DNA from: Callorhinchus milii
Taxonomy: Eukaryota
Length of the DNA stretch: 64,000 bases
Assembly: GCF_018977255.1 (NCBI RefSeq)
Contig: NW_024704765.1
Coordinates: forward strand, 9,238,001 to 9,302,000
Direction of reading: 5' to 3'
The notes under the pieces are model-generated. The model was given only the letters and a program-made list of their open reading frames with translations. It had not been told where the DNA came from and did no database searches. Made by a program: the position numbers and the translations under genes. Shown here in pieces: positions 51,505 through 61,900 of the stretch. Numbering within the stretch: the first letter of the stretch is position 1; every line of letters starts with the position of its first letter.

Positions 51505-54500
51505 ATGGAGAGAGCCAGCATGGGGGCCCAGCCCCCGCACATGCCTTTCTTCGACCCGTCCCACGCCCTGAACATCCTGAAGGGCATCAACGAGCTGCGG
51601 GCGGAGCGCAAGTTCTTCGACGTGACCCTCTCAGTGGAGGGGAGGGAGCTGCCGTGCCACAGGACGGTCCTGGCGGCCTCCAGCACCTACTTCAAGGCCA
51701 TGTTCGCGGGCGAGCTGCGGGAGAGCTCGATGGACCGGGTGGAGATCCACCAAGTCTCGGCCGAGGTGCTGGGGCTCTGGTGGACTTCTCGTACAGCGGG
51801 CGGCTGACGGTGACGGAGGAGAACGTGGAGGTGCTCCTCAAGGCCGCGGACCTCTTCCAGTTCCACTCAGTCAAGGAGGCCTGCTGCTCGTACCTGCAGC
51901 AGCGGCTCGATGTCGACAACTGCCTGGAGATGCAGGAGTTCGCCGAAGCCTATGCCTGCCGGGGCCTGGCCGAGGACACCAAGCGCTTCATCCTGCGGCA
52001 CATTGTGGAGCTGTCACGGGAGGAGGGTTTCGAGTCCCTGCCCCGGGAGCGCATCACCGAGTACGTCAGTGACGACCGCCTGCACGTGGACAAGGAGGAG
52101 ACGGCCTACCAGATCGCCCTGCGCTGGGTCAAGGCCGACCTCAAGCACCGGCAGCGCTTCTGGCCGGAGCTGTTCCAGCGTGTCCGGCTGCCCTTCATCC
52201 GGCGCTTCTACCTGCTGGCCTACGTGGAGAGCGATCCCTTGGTGTACTACTCCCCGCCTTGCCTGCAGCTGATCCACGAGGCGCGCTCCTTCCAGTCGAG
52301 CCAGTACGACCGGCACGACTACCCGTGTCAGCGCATGCGTCCGCGGCCCTCCACCGGCCTGGCCGAGATCCTGGTGTCCGTGGGCGGCTGCGACAAGGAC
52401 TGCGACGAGTTGGTGACCGTCGATTGCTTCAACCCTCAGACGGGGCAGTGGCGATACCTGGCAGAGTTCCCCGATCACCTGGCCGGGGGCTACAGCGTCA
52501 CCGCCTTCGGCAACGACATGTACGTCACGGGTAAGTCCGCCCGCCCGTCTCCGGTGTTACACATGATCTCGTCACAAAGTGCCAACTTAAATTCGGTTTG
52601 GGAGGGGAGTAAAGAGCACGGGCGCGAGGAACTCGCTCAGGTCTCAGCTCAGGTCTCTCAAGGCGGTCGCAGTTTGCTGTAGCGCAGTGGTCAGCTCACT
52701 CGCCTCGCTTCGCAAACGAGAGGATCAGCGATCGATTCCCGGCCAGGCGGTGAGGGGGAAACCATGGGCAAATTTCCTTACTCCACTCGCCTCTGTTTAC
52801 CTGGCGGTGAGTAGGAACTCGGTTGATTAGTCGATTGGCGGATTGCTTTCTGGGGGGGGAATAATCCCTTCAAAAAAAAATGTGGTCACTCGATCCGCAA
52901 CTGTTTGGGGGACACTGCAATTGGCTGCCGCGTTTCGCTCACAAAATACACAGTCAGTCCACTTTACAGTGCATTCCGTGAAGCGCTCTTGAGACGTCTC
53001 GAAGACGTTAGATAAGGAGCAAAATCACAGAGGGAGGATTTCAGGGAGTGGAGGTAAATAGCTGGAGGTTTTAATTGCGTAGATCAAGTGGCGGAGGGAA
53101 CTTTTGACACCGAGCCTGTGGGTGTTTGCAGGCGGCTCTGACGGGACGACGCTGTACGACTGTGTCTGGCGCTACAACTCGAGCGTGAACGAGTGGACGG
53201 AGGTGGCGCCCATGCTGAAGCCCCGCGAGTACCACAGCACGGCCGTGGTGAAGGGCCGGGTGTACGTGGTGGCCTCGGACAGCACCGAGCGGTATGACCA
53301 CGCGGCGGATGCATGGGAGCAGCTGCGACCCATGCCGTACCCCATGGACAACTGCTCCACCACGGCCTGCCGCGGCCAGCTGTACGCAGTGGGATCTCTG
53401 GCCGGGAAGGACTGCATGGCTATCCAGTGCTATCACCCCGAGGCTGACAGCTGGAGCGTGGCGGCCTGTGGATCCCTGCCCGCCTGGTCCTTCGTGCCCA
53501 AGACAGTCACTCTGAACGGACTCATCTACTTCGTCAGGTAGGCTCTGCCTCCCATCATCGGAGGTCTCTCAAAGGAAGAAGAATTTTGCTTAGGCCAAAG
53601 ACCCAAGGTCCATCCAGTTCGCCTTCCACCATCCTAGCAGTCGCCTACATGTCATGTCCCGAACGACGTATCCGATATAATTCCCAAGTCCGAACATTGC
53701 ATGTTGCAAACCCTCAACATCAAGGCAGAATTTGAGCTTGCAGGCTTAGGCTGCTGAGTCACTGCCAGGCTATGCTATTGATGGCAAGCTATGCGGTTTT
53801 TGCTGGTCAGACTCCAGCAGTTACCACCCCACCCCTCCACAACGCACACTCTGGGCTCCCCCCAAGCCTAATGCAGGGGATCAGTTGTAGCCCTGACGGC
53901 TGTCCCGATGAGATCAATAACTCACTGCATTGCCAGTGGATTTCGGGGCGGGGGGGGGCCGCGGGACGATGCGACGTTAAATCCTTTTCCTCTTCCCGCA
54001 GAGATGATTCCTCGGAAGTCGACGTGTACAATCCGATCAAGAACGAATGGGACAAGATCCCGCCAATGAATCAGGTACGAGAAGGATGCCGGTTTCGGAC
54101 CTCTTGGTTCAGGAAGTTCTGGGTTCAAGCCCCCATTATCGGGCCTTGAGCTCCCAGTCCAGGGGAGGGGAAACACCGTATCGACAAAGCTGACACCCTT
54201 TGGATGAGGCATTAAACTGAGGTCCCATCTGAGTTCCTGAAGCAGGCATTAAAAATCCCGACACGCTTTTGGAGAGAAGTTGTTGCGCAATTGGCTGCTG
54301 AGTTTCGCCCACAAAATACACTGTCAAACCACTTTACAGTGTATCCTGTGAAGCGCTTTGAGACTTCTCAACGGTGTGACAAGGATTGTTGTTATTGTCA
54401 AGCGCTTCGAGACATGATGTATTGAACACACGGGTTGTTGTCGGAGAGATGGCGGAGCCTGTGACACGCGTGTCCTTTGTTTTGCAGGTCCACGTGGGGG

Positions 54501-54799
54501 GTAGCGTGGCCGCCCTGGGGGGGAAGCTGGTGGTCTCCGGGGGCTACGACAACACCTTCGAACTGTCCGATGTGGTGGAGGCATTCGACCCCCAGAGCGG
54601 CGAGTGGCGGGTGCTGGGGCGCCTGCCGCAGCCCTCCTTCTGGCACGGCACCGTCAGCATATTCCGCCAGTTCATGCCCACCGCGCAGGTCGACCAGTTC
54701 GGCACGCTGTCCGAGGAGCGCAACCACGAGATCAATGTGATGAATCTCGCCCGCTACCGCCGGCACCTCCACAACGAGAACCTGCGGGCGCTTCACTGA
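51505..54799 (+). CDS. KLHL21: Kelch-like protein 21 (BTB-BACK-Kelch CUL3 adaptor), 4 coding exons, about 605 aa after correcting one frameshift
   Basis: Exons 51505-52530, 53132-53537, 54002-54074, 54488-54799, GT-AG with matching phases. BTB (FFDVTL...[17 protein letters not shown]), BACK, RPRPSTG linker and Kelch repeats. One base is missing near 51777 (GGGCTC[C]TGGTG). Confidence 0.93.
52675..53010 (+). mobile_element. Near full-length tRNA-derived SINE (family A) in KLHL21 intron
   Basis: A-box-like TAGCGCAGTGG and B-box-like GATCGATTCCC. Body ...aattggctgccgcgtttcgctcacaaaatacacagtc...ctttacag... and L2-like 3' end shared with many other copies. Confidence 0.75.
53577..53660 (-). mobile_element. 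Short dispersed repeat, probably a CR1-type 3' end; second copy ~19552-19630
   Basis: Both copies share aggtccatccagttc(g/a)(c/t)cttccaccatcct(a/g)gcagtcgc. Family assignment is inference. Confidence 0.5.
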
Positions 54800-56189
54800 C
54801 CGGCCAGTCCCAGCCCGCAACAGCCAGAGCTTGCCAACAAAGGACTTCTGTGTGACTGAGACTCCGCGACTCTTCGTCCCATCGTCCCGGCTGCTTGTTT
54901 TTCAAGAAAGCTCTTGATCGCCTGCCTTTTAGTCTTGATTAGGTGGTGGGGGGGGGGGCGGTCACTGATACCCTGGCAGTTAGGGTTTGCCCCTCGCTTC
55001 GGAATTTAGTCTGCTTGCGAGCACGTAGCACTTAATGGGTCGATCGGTGACCCACCTGCAGTAGCGCAAGGCATTCACTAGCCGTGCCTGAGCTACACCG
55101 GGCTTACCGTAAGAGCCTGCCTTATATGCGCACGTGCGTGCGTGCGTGTGTGTGGGGAGAGGGAAAGGTTCAAGACTCAGATATTCTGCCAATCATTTAA
55201 CTGTTTTCTTTCTTTGATTGTTCCACCTCGAGGCGCTATATCAAATGCAAGTATTATTGTAATTATAAGCAAGCGCCTCCCCAGATTGAGTGGCGCGCGT
55301 GGCAGTCAGTGTTCATTGTGTTACGTCTGGCTTTATTTAGAGAGTGGTTTTTTTTGGATAAAAGATGTGGAAAGGGAAAGAGATTCCCGCAGCAACGATT
55401 CCCAGCTGCCAAGATATCTGCATGTTTTACAATGAAGACGTTCAAGGTCCCAACTCGTCTCGAGTCCCAACAACAGTTGTGTGGAGAGGGAGTGACCCTG
55501 ACCCAACTGTCCAGCGCCTTGGGACGTCCTCCCGACGTGAAAGGCGCTCTATAAATGGAATTTTGTTGTTGTTGTTGAGTGGGGGGGGGGGGGGAAGTGG
55601 AGGACAACACTCGCTAGTGACCTCCGAGACCCGCTCTGGTCCGTCCATCCCATGGGGAAAACTGCTCAGTGACTCACCCGCTTTGGTCCTGCGCTGTCGG
55701 AGTGCGGAGGCAACAAATAACTGCCACTGCTTTTCGTGCCGAGCGTCCTGTGTTAGGGTGGGCGCAGCTGACCGATGCCCTGTTGCCCTGTGTTCACCTC
55801 GCCCGCCAGGCGATAGCTGGCCAGAAGGAAAAGAAACAGTACTCTTGAGAAAGGGTCTGCGTGTTTTTCAAGGTGATATTTATCAGGGGCTGGTTTTTGA
55901 CAAAAGGTTTCGATTGTGATAATGGGAGTTGAGATACAGACTCGAGGGGCTGTAAGGCCTACTCCTTGTTTCCTTTATAATAATGGGATGACGGGAGGGA
56001 TCGGTATTCTGGAAGGACATGATCAAATTGGGTCAAAGATCCACCCCGGACTTCCACAGTGAATCCTCTGCAATGTGGCTTCAGGAGAGATGTTTTTCAG
56101 ATCCTCACGTTACCTCCCGTCCCTTTGGACGATGAGCTAGAAATAGTATTGTTGCTCGGTTGGGCCTGCATGTACAAGCTTCCGCAATT

Positions 56190-56590
56190 AGGCTGACCGC
56201 AACACCCCACTTCACAGAACGGATCGATTTCAAGATCCTTTCCCTCGCCTACAAGTCCCTTCACGCCGTGGCACCTCCCTACCTTTCCGACCTCCTTTCT
56301 CCCCACCCCGCCTCCGCTCGGCTGGCTCTGGCCTCTGCTTGTCCATGGTTCCCCCTCCACTCCCAAGTGGCCGCGCTTTCAGCCACTAAGTCTCGAAACT
56401 TTGGAACTCTCTCCCCTCAGTCCCTTAACCTTGTCCCCTCCTTCCCCTCATGCCTTAAGACCTTCCTCTTCAACCACATTTACTGCCACCTCCTCCCTTC
56501 CCCTCCGGCTCGGGGTCAGACTGCGCCACTGTTAAGCGCTCGGAGACACTGAACCACGTGAAGGCACTATATAAATTCAAGTAGTTGGTG
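56190..56590 (+). mobile_element. Degenerate L2 3' fragment in the KLHL21 3' UTR; others at ~17700-17975, 37600-37790, 39990-40180, 51290-51470, 55480-55577, 58040-58290 rev, 60120-60400 rev, 61060-61380 rev
   Basis: Translates as ERIDFKILSLAYKSLHAVAPPYLSDLL, homologous to the 26.9-27.6 kb element, with the shared 3' stem-loop and tail. Confidence 0.7.
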
Positions 56591-57137
56591 GTTCACCGCA
56601 CCTGTGAGGTAAGGTTTAACATTTCTGTTTCTTAGTCGACTTGAACAGAGACAACTTTACTGTGGGCACGTGACCAATATGGGTCCCACCGTCTCCTTCT
56701 GCAGCAAACCGGGGTGGGGGGGGGGACTGAGAGGCCATTGATTTGTTGTGTGCGCGCGAGTGTGTGTGGAGACCAGACCTTGTGTGGAGTATTGCTTGGG
56801 CTCCATGACTGAATGGTGTAGTCGGGAGCATTTTACATTTCGTGTGAAGCTGTAACCTTCTCCGCAAAATGCCACACAATAAGGGTTGCTGTTGTTGGGG
56901 GGTTTCGGGAGGGGCATTTAATTTTTGCATCAAACCAGCAGTAGAGGAAGCTAAGCACAGCTGCTGCCTGTTTGTGAGAATTTAGTGTTATTTAAAGCGT
57001 TGTGATTAGACTTGTGCCCAAAGCCAGTTTTATGTGAAATGTTAAGGTTCTAAAGGATTTTTTTTACATTTTAAGTGCTGTGGCATATTGTACACATACA
57101 CTTGTAGTTTACACACAAAAATATAATGTAGAACACT

Positions 57138-57147
57138 AATAAATAAA
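57138..57147 (+). terminator. Probable KLHL21 polyadenylation signal (overlapping AATAAA)
   Basis: aataaataaataa following an AT-rich UTR-like stretch about 2.3 kb after the stop. Confidence 0.5.
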
Positions 57148-57244
57148 TAAATGGTTCTGTCTGAATGAGACAGCCTCACGTACTTCATGGAAAGTTTTTT
57201 TTTAAAAATTGAGTGTTTTTTTGTGACTATTTTATCCAAGTACT

Positions 57245-57450
57245 TTGGATGAGACCTTAAACCAAGCTCCTGTCTGCCAGTTCAGGTGGACATTAAAAAT
57301 CCCATGGCAGTGTTCAAAATGAGAATGAAGTTTCTCCCAGTGTCCTGGCAAACAAGTCCCCCAAATAAAATTGGTCATTCAATCCATGGCTGTTTGTGTG
57401 ACACTAGCTGCCGCATTTCACCCACGAAATACACACTCCACTTTACAGTA
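57245..57450 (+). mobile_element. Deu-domain SINE fragment (SacSINE1/AmnSINE1-like); related pieces at ~9700-9900 rev, 12015-12133, 25995-26100 rev, 26390-26490, 54115-54280, 59545-59577 rev
   Basis: ggatgagaccttaaacc...tgtctgcc...caggtggacattaaaaatcccatggca resembles the Deu central domain as I recall it. Needs Repbase/Dfam confirmation. Confidence 0.6.
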
Positions 57451-58914
57451 AATCCTGTTCCTGCACACAAACCACAATCGATCACTTTTATTTGGTTACC
57501 TGAGTGATGTGAAGGGCATAATTATGTTTCCCTTGAACAAGGCCTAGCTGGTACGACTGAGACGGCGTGTAATCTGCTACTTCCAAACTGTCCTAGTCCT
57601 AAGCACTTCAACGGGGGTGTCTGTACACCTCGTACCTGGAGTTACACAACATGTGAATAACATTAGCTCAAATCTGTAGCGCGTCTCTTACACAACTTGC
57701 ATATATATATATATAAAACTATATTTCACCCACAAACTATACAGTCAATTTACTTTACAGTATATTCTGTAAAGGGTTTTGAGACTACGTGATAAGGTGC
57801 TACAGTAAAACTTGCATGAGTCTGATCTGTATAAACGCCTAAGTCGTGTATCTGCCCAAATACCGTTCAAGAGTTTATATTCTACGCAAGTTTGACCTTA
57901 CTCAACCTTTGCGCAAGTCATATTAAATGTATGGTGCCAACTCATACAACTTAAGTGAGGTTCACTGTATATCAAATGTAAGGATTATTATTATCGCAAT
58001 AAAACAGACACTTCACCAAACTTGACGGAAGCAACATTAAAATTACATTTGTTATAGCGCCTTTCAGGGCCGGAGGACGTCCAAAGGCCCTGGACAATCG
58101 GATTTCGACCCGAGCAGGGGTTTGGGATCAGGAGGGGTAGAGGACAGGGATAGGAGGGTCTTGAGATGTGCCGGAGGGAGGAAGGGAGCTGTGACCAGAG
58201 CACACGCTCAAGGAGCTGCGTCTTTGGAAAGAGTTTGAAAGTAAGAGTCATGAGAGTGAGGTAAAGTGGTTGTTGGGAGGAGTGGTCAGTCCTTAACAAA
58301 ATGAGTTGAAAGAGACCCCAGAGGCAGCGGGTAACTGTTTTTATATATAAAAAACAATGTATTTTGTTTTTAAAAGCAATGTACCAGCCTTACTTTTTTT
58401 TATATATAATAAACAAAAGGAAACTCATTAAATTATAAACGCAGACGATAAAGCAGTTCCCGAGCGTTGTCACGGCTTTGCACACATGGGCCTCGGAGGA
58501 CACCAGGCAGAGCGAGAGCCAAAGAAAAAAAAATATTCCTATTCACGTCATCTGCCTCTTCCCACTCACCAGGGAGCGAGCGAAGGCACCGCCTTCAGCT
58601 GCTAGTTCGAAACGAATTGTGATTTTTTTAAATTAAATTTTAAAAAAAAATCGCTTTATTCATGCATTCATTCGAAGAGAAACCTCCCTCTCCCCCCACC
58701 ACTTGCCGCCCAAATCCATCCTTTCCTACGCACACTCACGGAGGCTCGTTCACAGCCTATCCCACCACTGTTTGTGGGACGTTACTGTGCGAAATCAGCT
58801 GCTGAGTTTCGCCCACAAAATATAGTCACTCCACTTCCAGTGTATCCCGTGAAGTACTTTGAGACGTCTCAAAGACGTGATGAGGCGCTGTATCAAATGC
58901 AAGGATTATTATTA

Positions 58915-61900
58915 TTATCCCGACGGACTCTCCTCCACATAGGTCTCCGTCAAGCTGACCGGCTCCTCCACCCCCACTGCTGCCCCCAACATCTCCGTCT
59001 CTTTGGGGTGAGCGTCCCGCTGGTTTTCAGCCGAGAGCTCTCGGTCTCCCTCGCTCTGGGGGGCCGGTTCAGTCGAAGCCCCGGCGGGCAGCCCCGCTTC
59101 GGACGCACTGAGGACCCCCTGGTCCCCGGTCCCCTCCCCCGAGACCACCAAGTTGCGGAGCCTTCTCTGCCGTGGGTTGTAGTTCTCGACCCGCCCGTGG
59201 ATGTCCATGTGACGTCTCAGGTGAGCCTGCGGAAGGGTGGGTTACGGGAAAAACGGACATTTTTATATGGAGCCTCACGTCACAACAACCTATTTATACA
59301 GATACAGGATCCTGCACATCGGAGGGTGTGAAGGAGTTTTAATAAAATGTGCTTTTTGTTTAAAAAAAATTTAGATAAAATGTTTTTACTGAAAAGTGTA
59401 GCGAATGCGTTTCGTAAGAGGGCACAGCGGTTGATTTGCAATGTCCTGCAGGCAGCCATGAAGTGACCGGCCGATTTTAATGGTGGGGATTATGGGCCAG
59501 GATACCGCGTTCAAGGAACGCTGTAGGAGCTTTAACATGGGACAGGATCTCGGTTTAACGTCTCATCCGAAAGACAAGACACACTCGCCCGCCCCCACCG
59601 CCCCCCCAGCGCTACAGTGAAGTTCTTACCTGTCGGGTGAATTTATAGCCACACTCACTGCACTCGAACTTCCTCATGCCCCTGTGTCGCCCCACGTGCA
59701 CTCGAAGCTGATCAATGGCTGCAACACACAAAGTTGGTCGCTGACTTGACTAACAAGAATCGACAGGTGAGACGAGGACCTCTTGCTCCGTCCAACACTC
59801 GGACCGACCAGGGATTTAAAAGGTACCACTTTCTTCGCGCCTTACCTTTAGTTACCAGCAATAAGGTTACACTGATACAGAGCCTCCTCTCGTGATGGGA
59901 AGCCGTCTCGAAGAGCTTCACACAGCTGACTGCAGCAACCTTTGGAGCGTATCAATCACACAATGGGTGGTGGTGGTTTTGGGGGGGGGGGGGGGGGAGA
60001 TTGGAAGGCGACTCGTTCTAGATTTGTTTTGGCCACACCCCCTCCCCCTCCCATTCAAAGGAAATTCGTTCAGCCACAAGCATCGTCCCAGTCTTGTGCA
60101 CGTGGATGGCCAAAGGCAGTGGGAGGTAGAGACATTTGTATGGTGGGAGGATATCCCAAGGTGCTGGACAGTCAGTGTCTCGGACCCGAGCTGGGGATCG
60201 GGATTGGGGAGGGTGGAGTACGGAGGGGGAAGCAGGGTGATTGAAAGCACGATCAAAGAGGAGGGTCTTGAGATGTGCCTTGAAGGAGGCAATGGAGGGA
60301 GTGAGGACGAAAGGAATGTAGTTCCAAAAGCTGGGTAGGCTGGAGACCCGAACGTCAATGGCAGGGCCGACGGGGGTGGAAGAGGGAGAGAGGCGCTGGA
60401 AAGCAAAGAGCAAAGTGCGTTACCTTTAAAGGTCTTGTTGCAGATGTTGCAGTAGTGAGGCCGGCCCTCCTGGTGTTTGCTGGCCACGTGTCGGTGCAGG
60501 GGGCCGCGTTCAGTGAACTTCTGCTGGCAAATCTCACAGCTAAACGGACGCTCCCCTGTGTGAGTGCGGTTGTGTTTGTCCAGGCTCGCTGCAGGGTGGT
60601 GGGGGTGGGGGGAAAAAAAGAGGAAGAGCTCACAACGGATTAGCAACACAATCCCGAACATTACAGCACGTCTAGGCTCGCAATAGGGAGTAGGTAAATA
60701 ATAATCCTTGTATTTAATATTACTTCTGCCCCCCCTCTCCCCTCGTGCCTGCCCCTCTCTCCACCTTGGATCCTGAAGGTTTTTCCACAAAAGTGACACT
60801 GGAACGGTTTCTCTCCAGTGTGTGTCCGGCGGTGAACGTTCAGGTTCCCTTTCTGAGTGAAGGCATGGTTACAGTACTCACACACGTACGGTCGCTCGTT
60901 CCTGTGAAGACGGAGACAAACCAATAACATGAAAAATCCCTTAGATCCTCTCTCTCTCTCCTCTCCCTTCTTGCCGCCACTGTGTTCCTTTTAACTCCTC
61001 ACGATATAGAATCCAAGCATCATACAATACAGCGAGAGCGGTCAGCCCATCAAGCCAACAACAGATTACATTTACATGGCGCCTTTCACTTCGGGAGGAC
61101 GTCCCAAGGTGCTGGACAGTCAAGGATTTGTACCCGCGCTGTGTGTTGGGATCTGGAGGGGTGGAGGGTAGGGTGGTTGACTGAAAGTGTAGTCGAAGAG
61201 GAGGGTCTTGAGACAGGCCTTCAAGGAGGTAAGGGAGAGAGCGAGGCAAAGGAACTGTGGGATAGGATTTCAAAGGGTGAGGGCACAAAGTCTGAAGGCC
61301 TGATGCCGATGGTTGGGCAGGCAGAGCGAGTGACATTGGGCAAGCCAGAGTCCACTGAGCGGAGAGGTTGGTATGAAGCCACACACAGACAGAGAAAACT
61401 CTCCGTGCCTAATTTAGAATAAATAATAATCCTTGCATTTTATACATCGCCTTTCACATCTGGCGGATGTCTCAAAAGCGCTCCACAAAGGATTTGTTCT
61501 ACAACGAAGCAACAAACGTTTCCCACAACCCCCTTACATTCCCTCCCGCCCACCCCCACCAAGCGCTCATCTTAATGGGGGGATGGGAGGGGGGATTTGC
61601 GAATAAATTTAGGGCTCAGACTGGGAAGCCCCATTAACTCTGGGGAGAAAAATCACCCATCAACTCTATCCTCGCCCGCGCCCACCCCCCGCCCTCCTCC
61701 GCTCGAAACGTACATCTCCTCACTCGCTCACTCACTCGCACCTCAGTATAAAGCGGAAAGTTTCTGTGCACATACTGTACCTGTGTTTGGAGTTTATGTG
61801 CATCTGCAGCCCATAACGACTGGACGCCCTGTGACCGCACTCCTCGCACATAAATAACCTCTCACCTTGGTGCTTAGATGCTTCGTGAAGGTGCAGCTCA

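Larger units (their letters stand above)
27582..52512 (+). repeat. Direct tandem duplication: 27582-41217 versus 41243-52512, separated by a 25-N gap
   Basis: Both copies start acagttcagaagcacaaag and end gtcaccgccttcggca. They are near-identical except for scattered SNPs/indels and the copy-specific blocks 31695-35448 and 45447-46716. Confidence 0.95.

Noticed and set aside
52675-52750. tRNA gene
   Set aside because: A- and B-box-like motifs are present but no cloverleaf or acceptor stem can be formed, and it continues into a SINE body.
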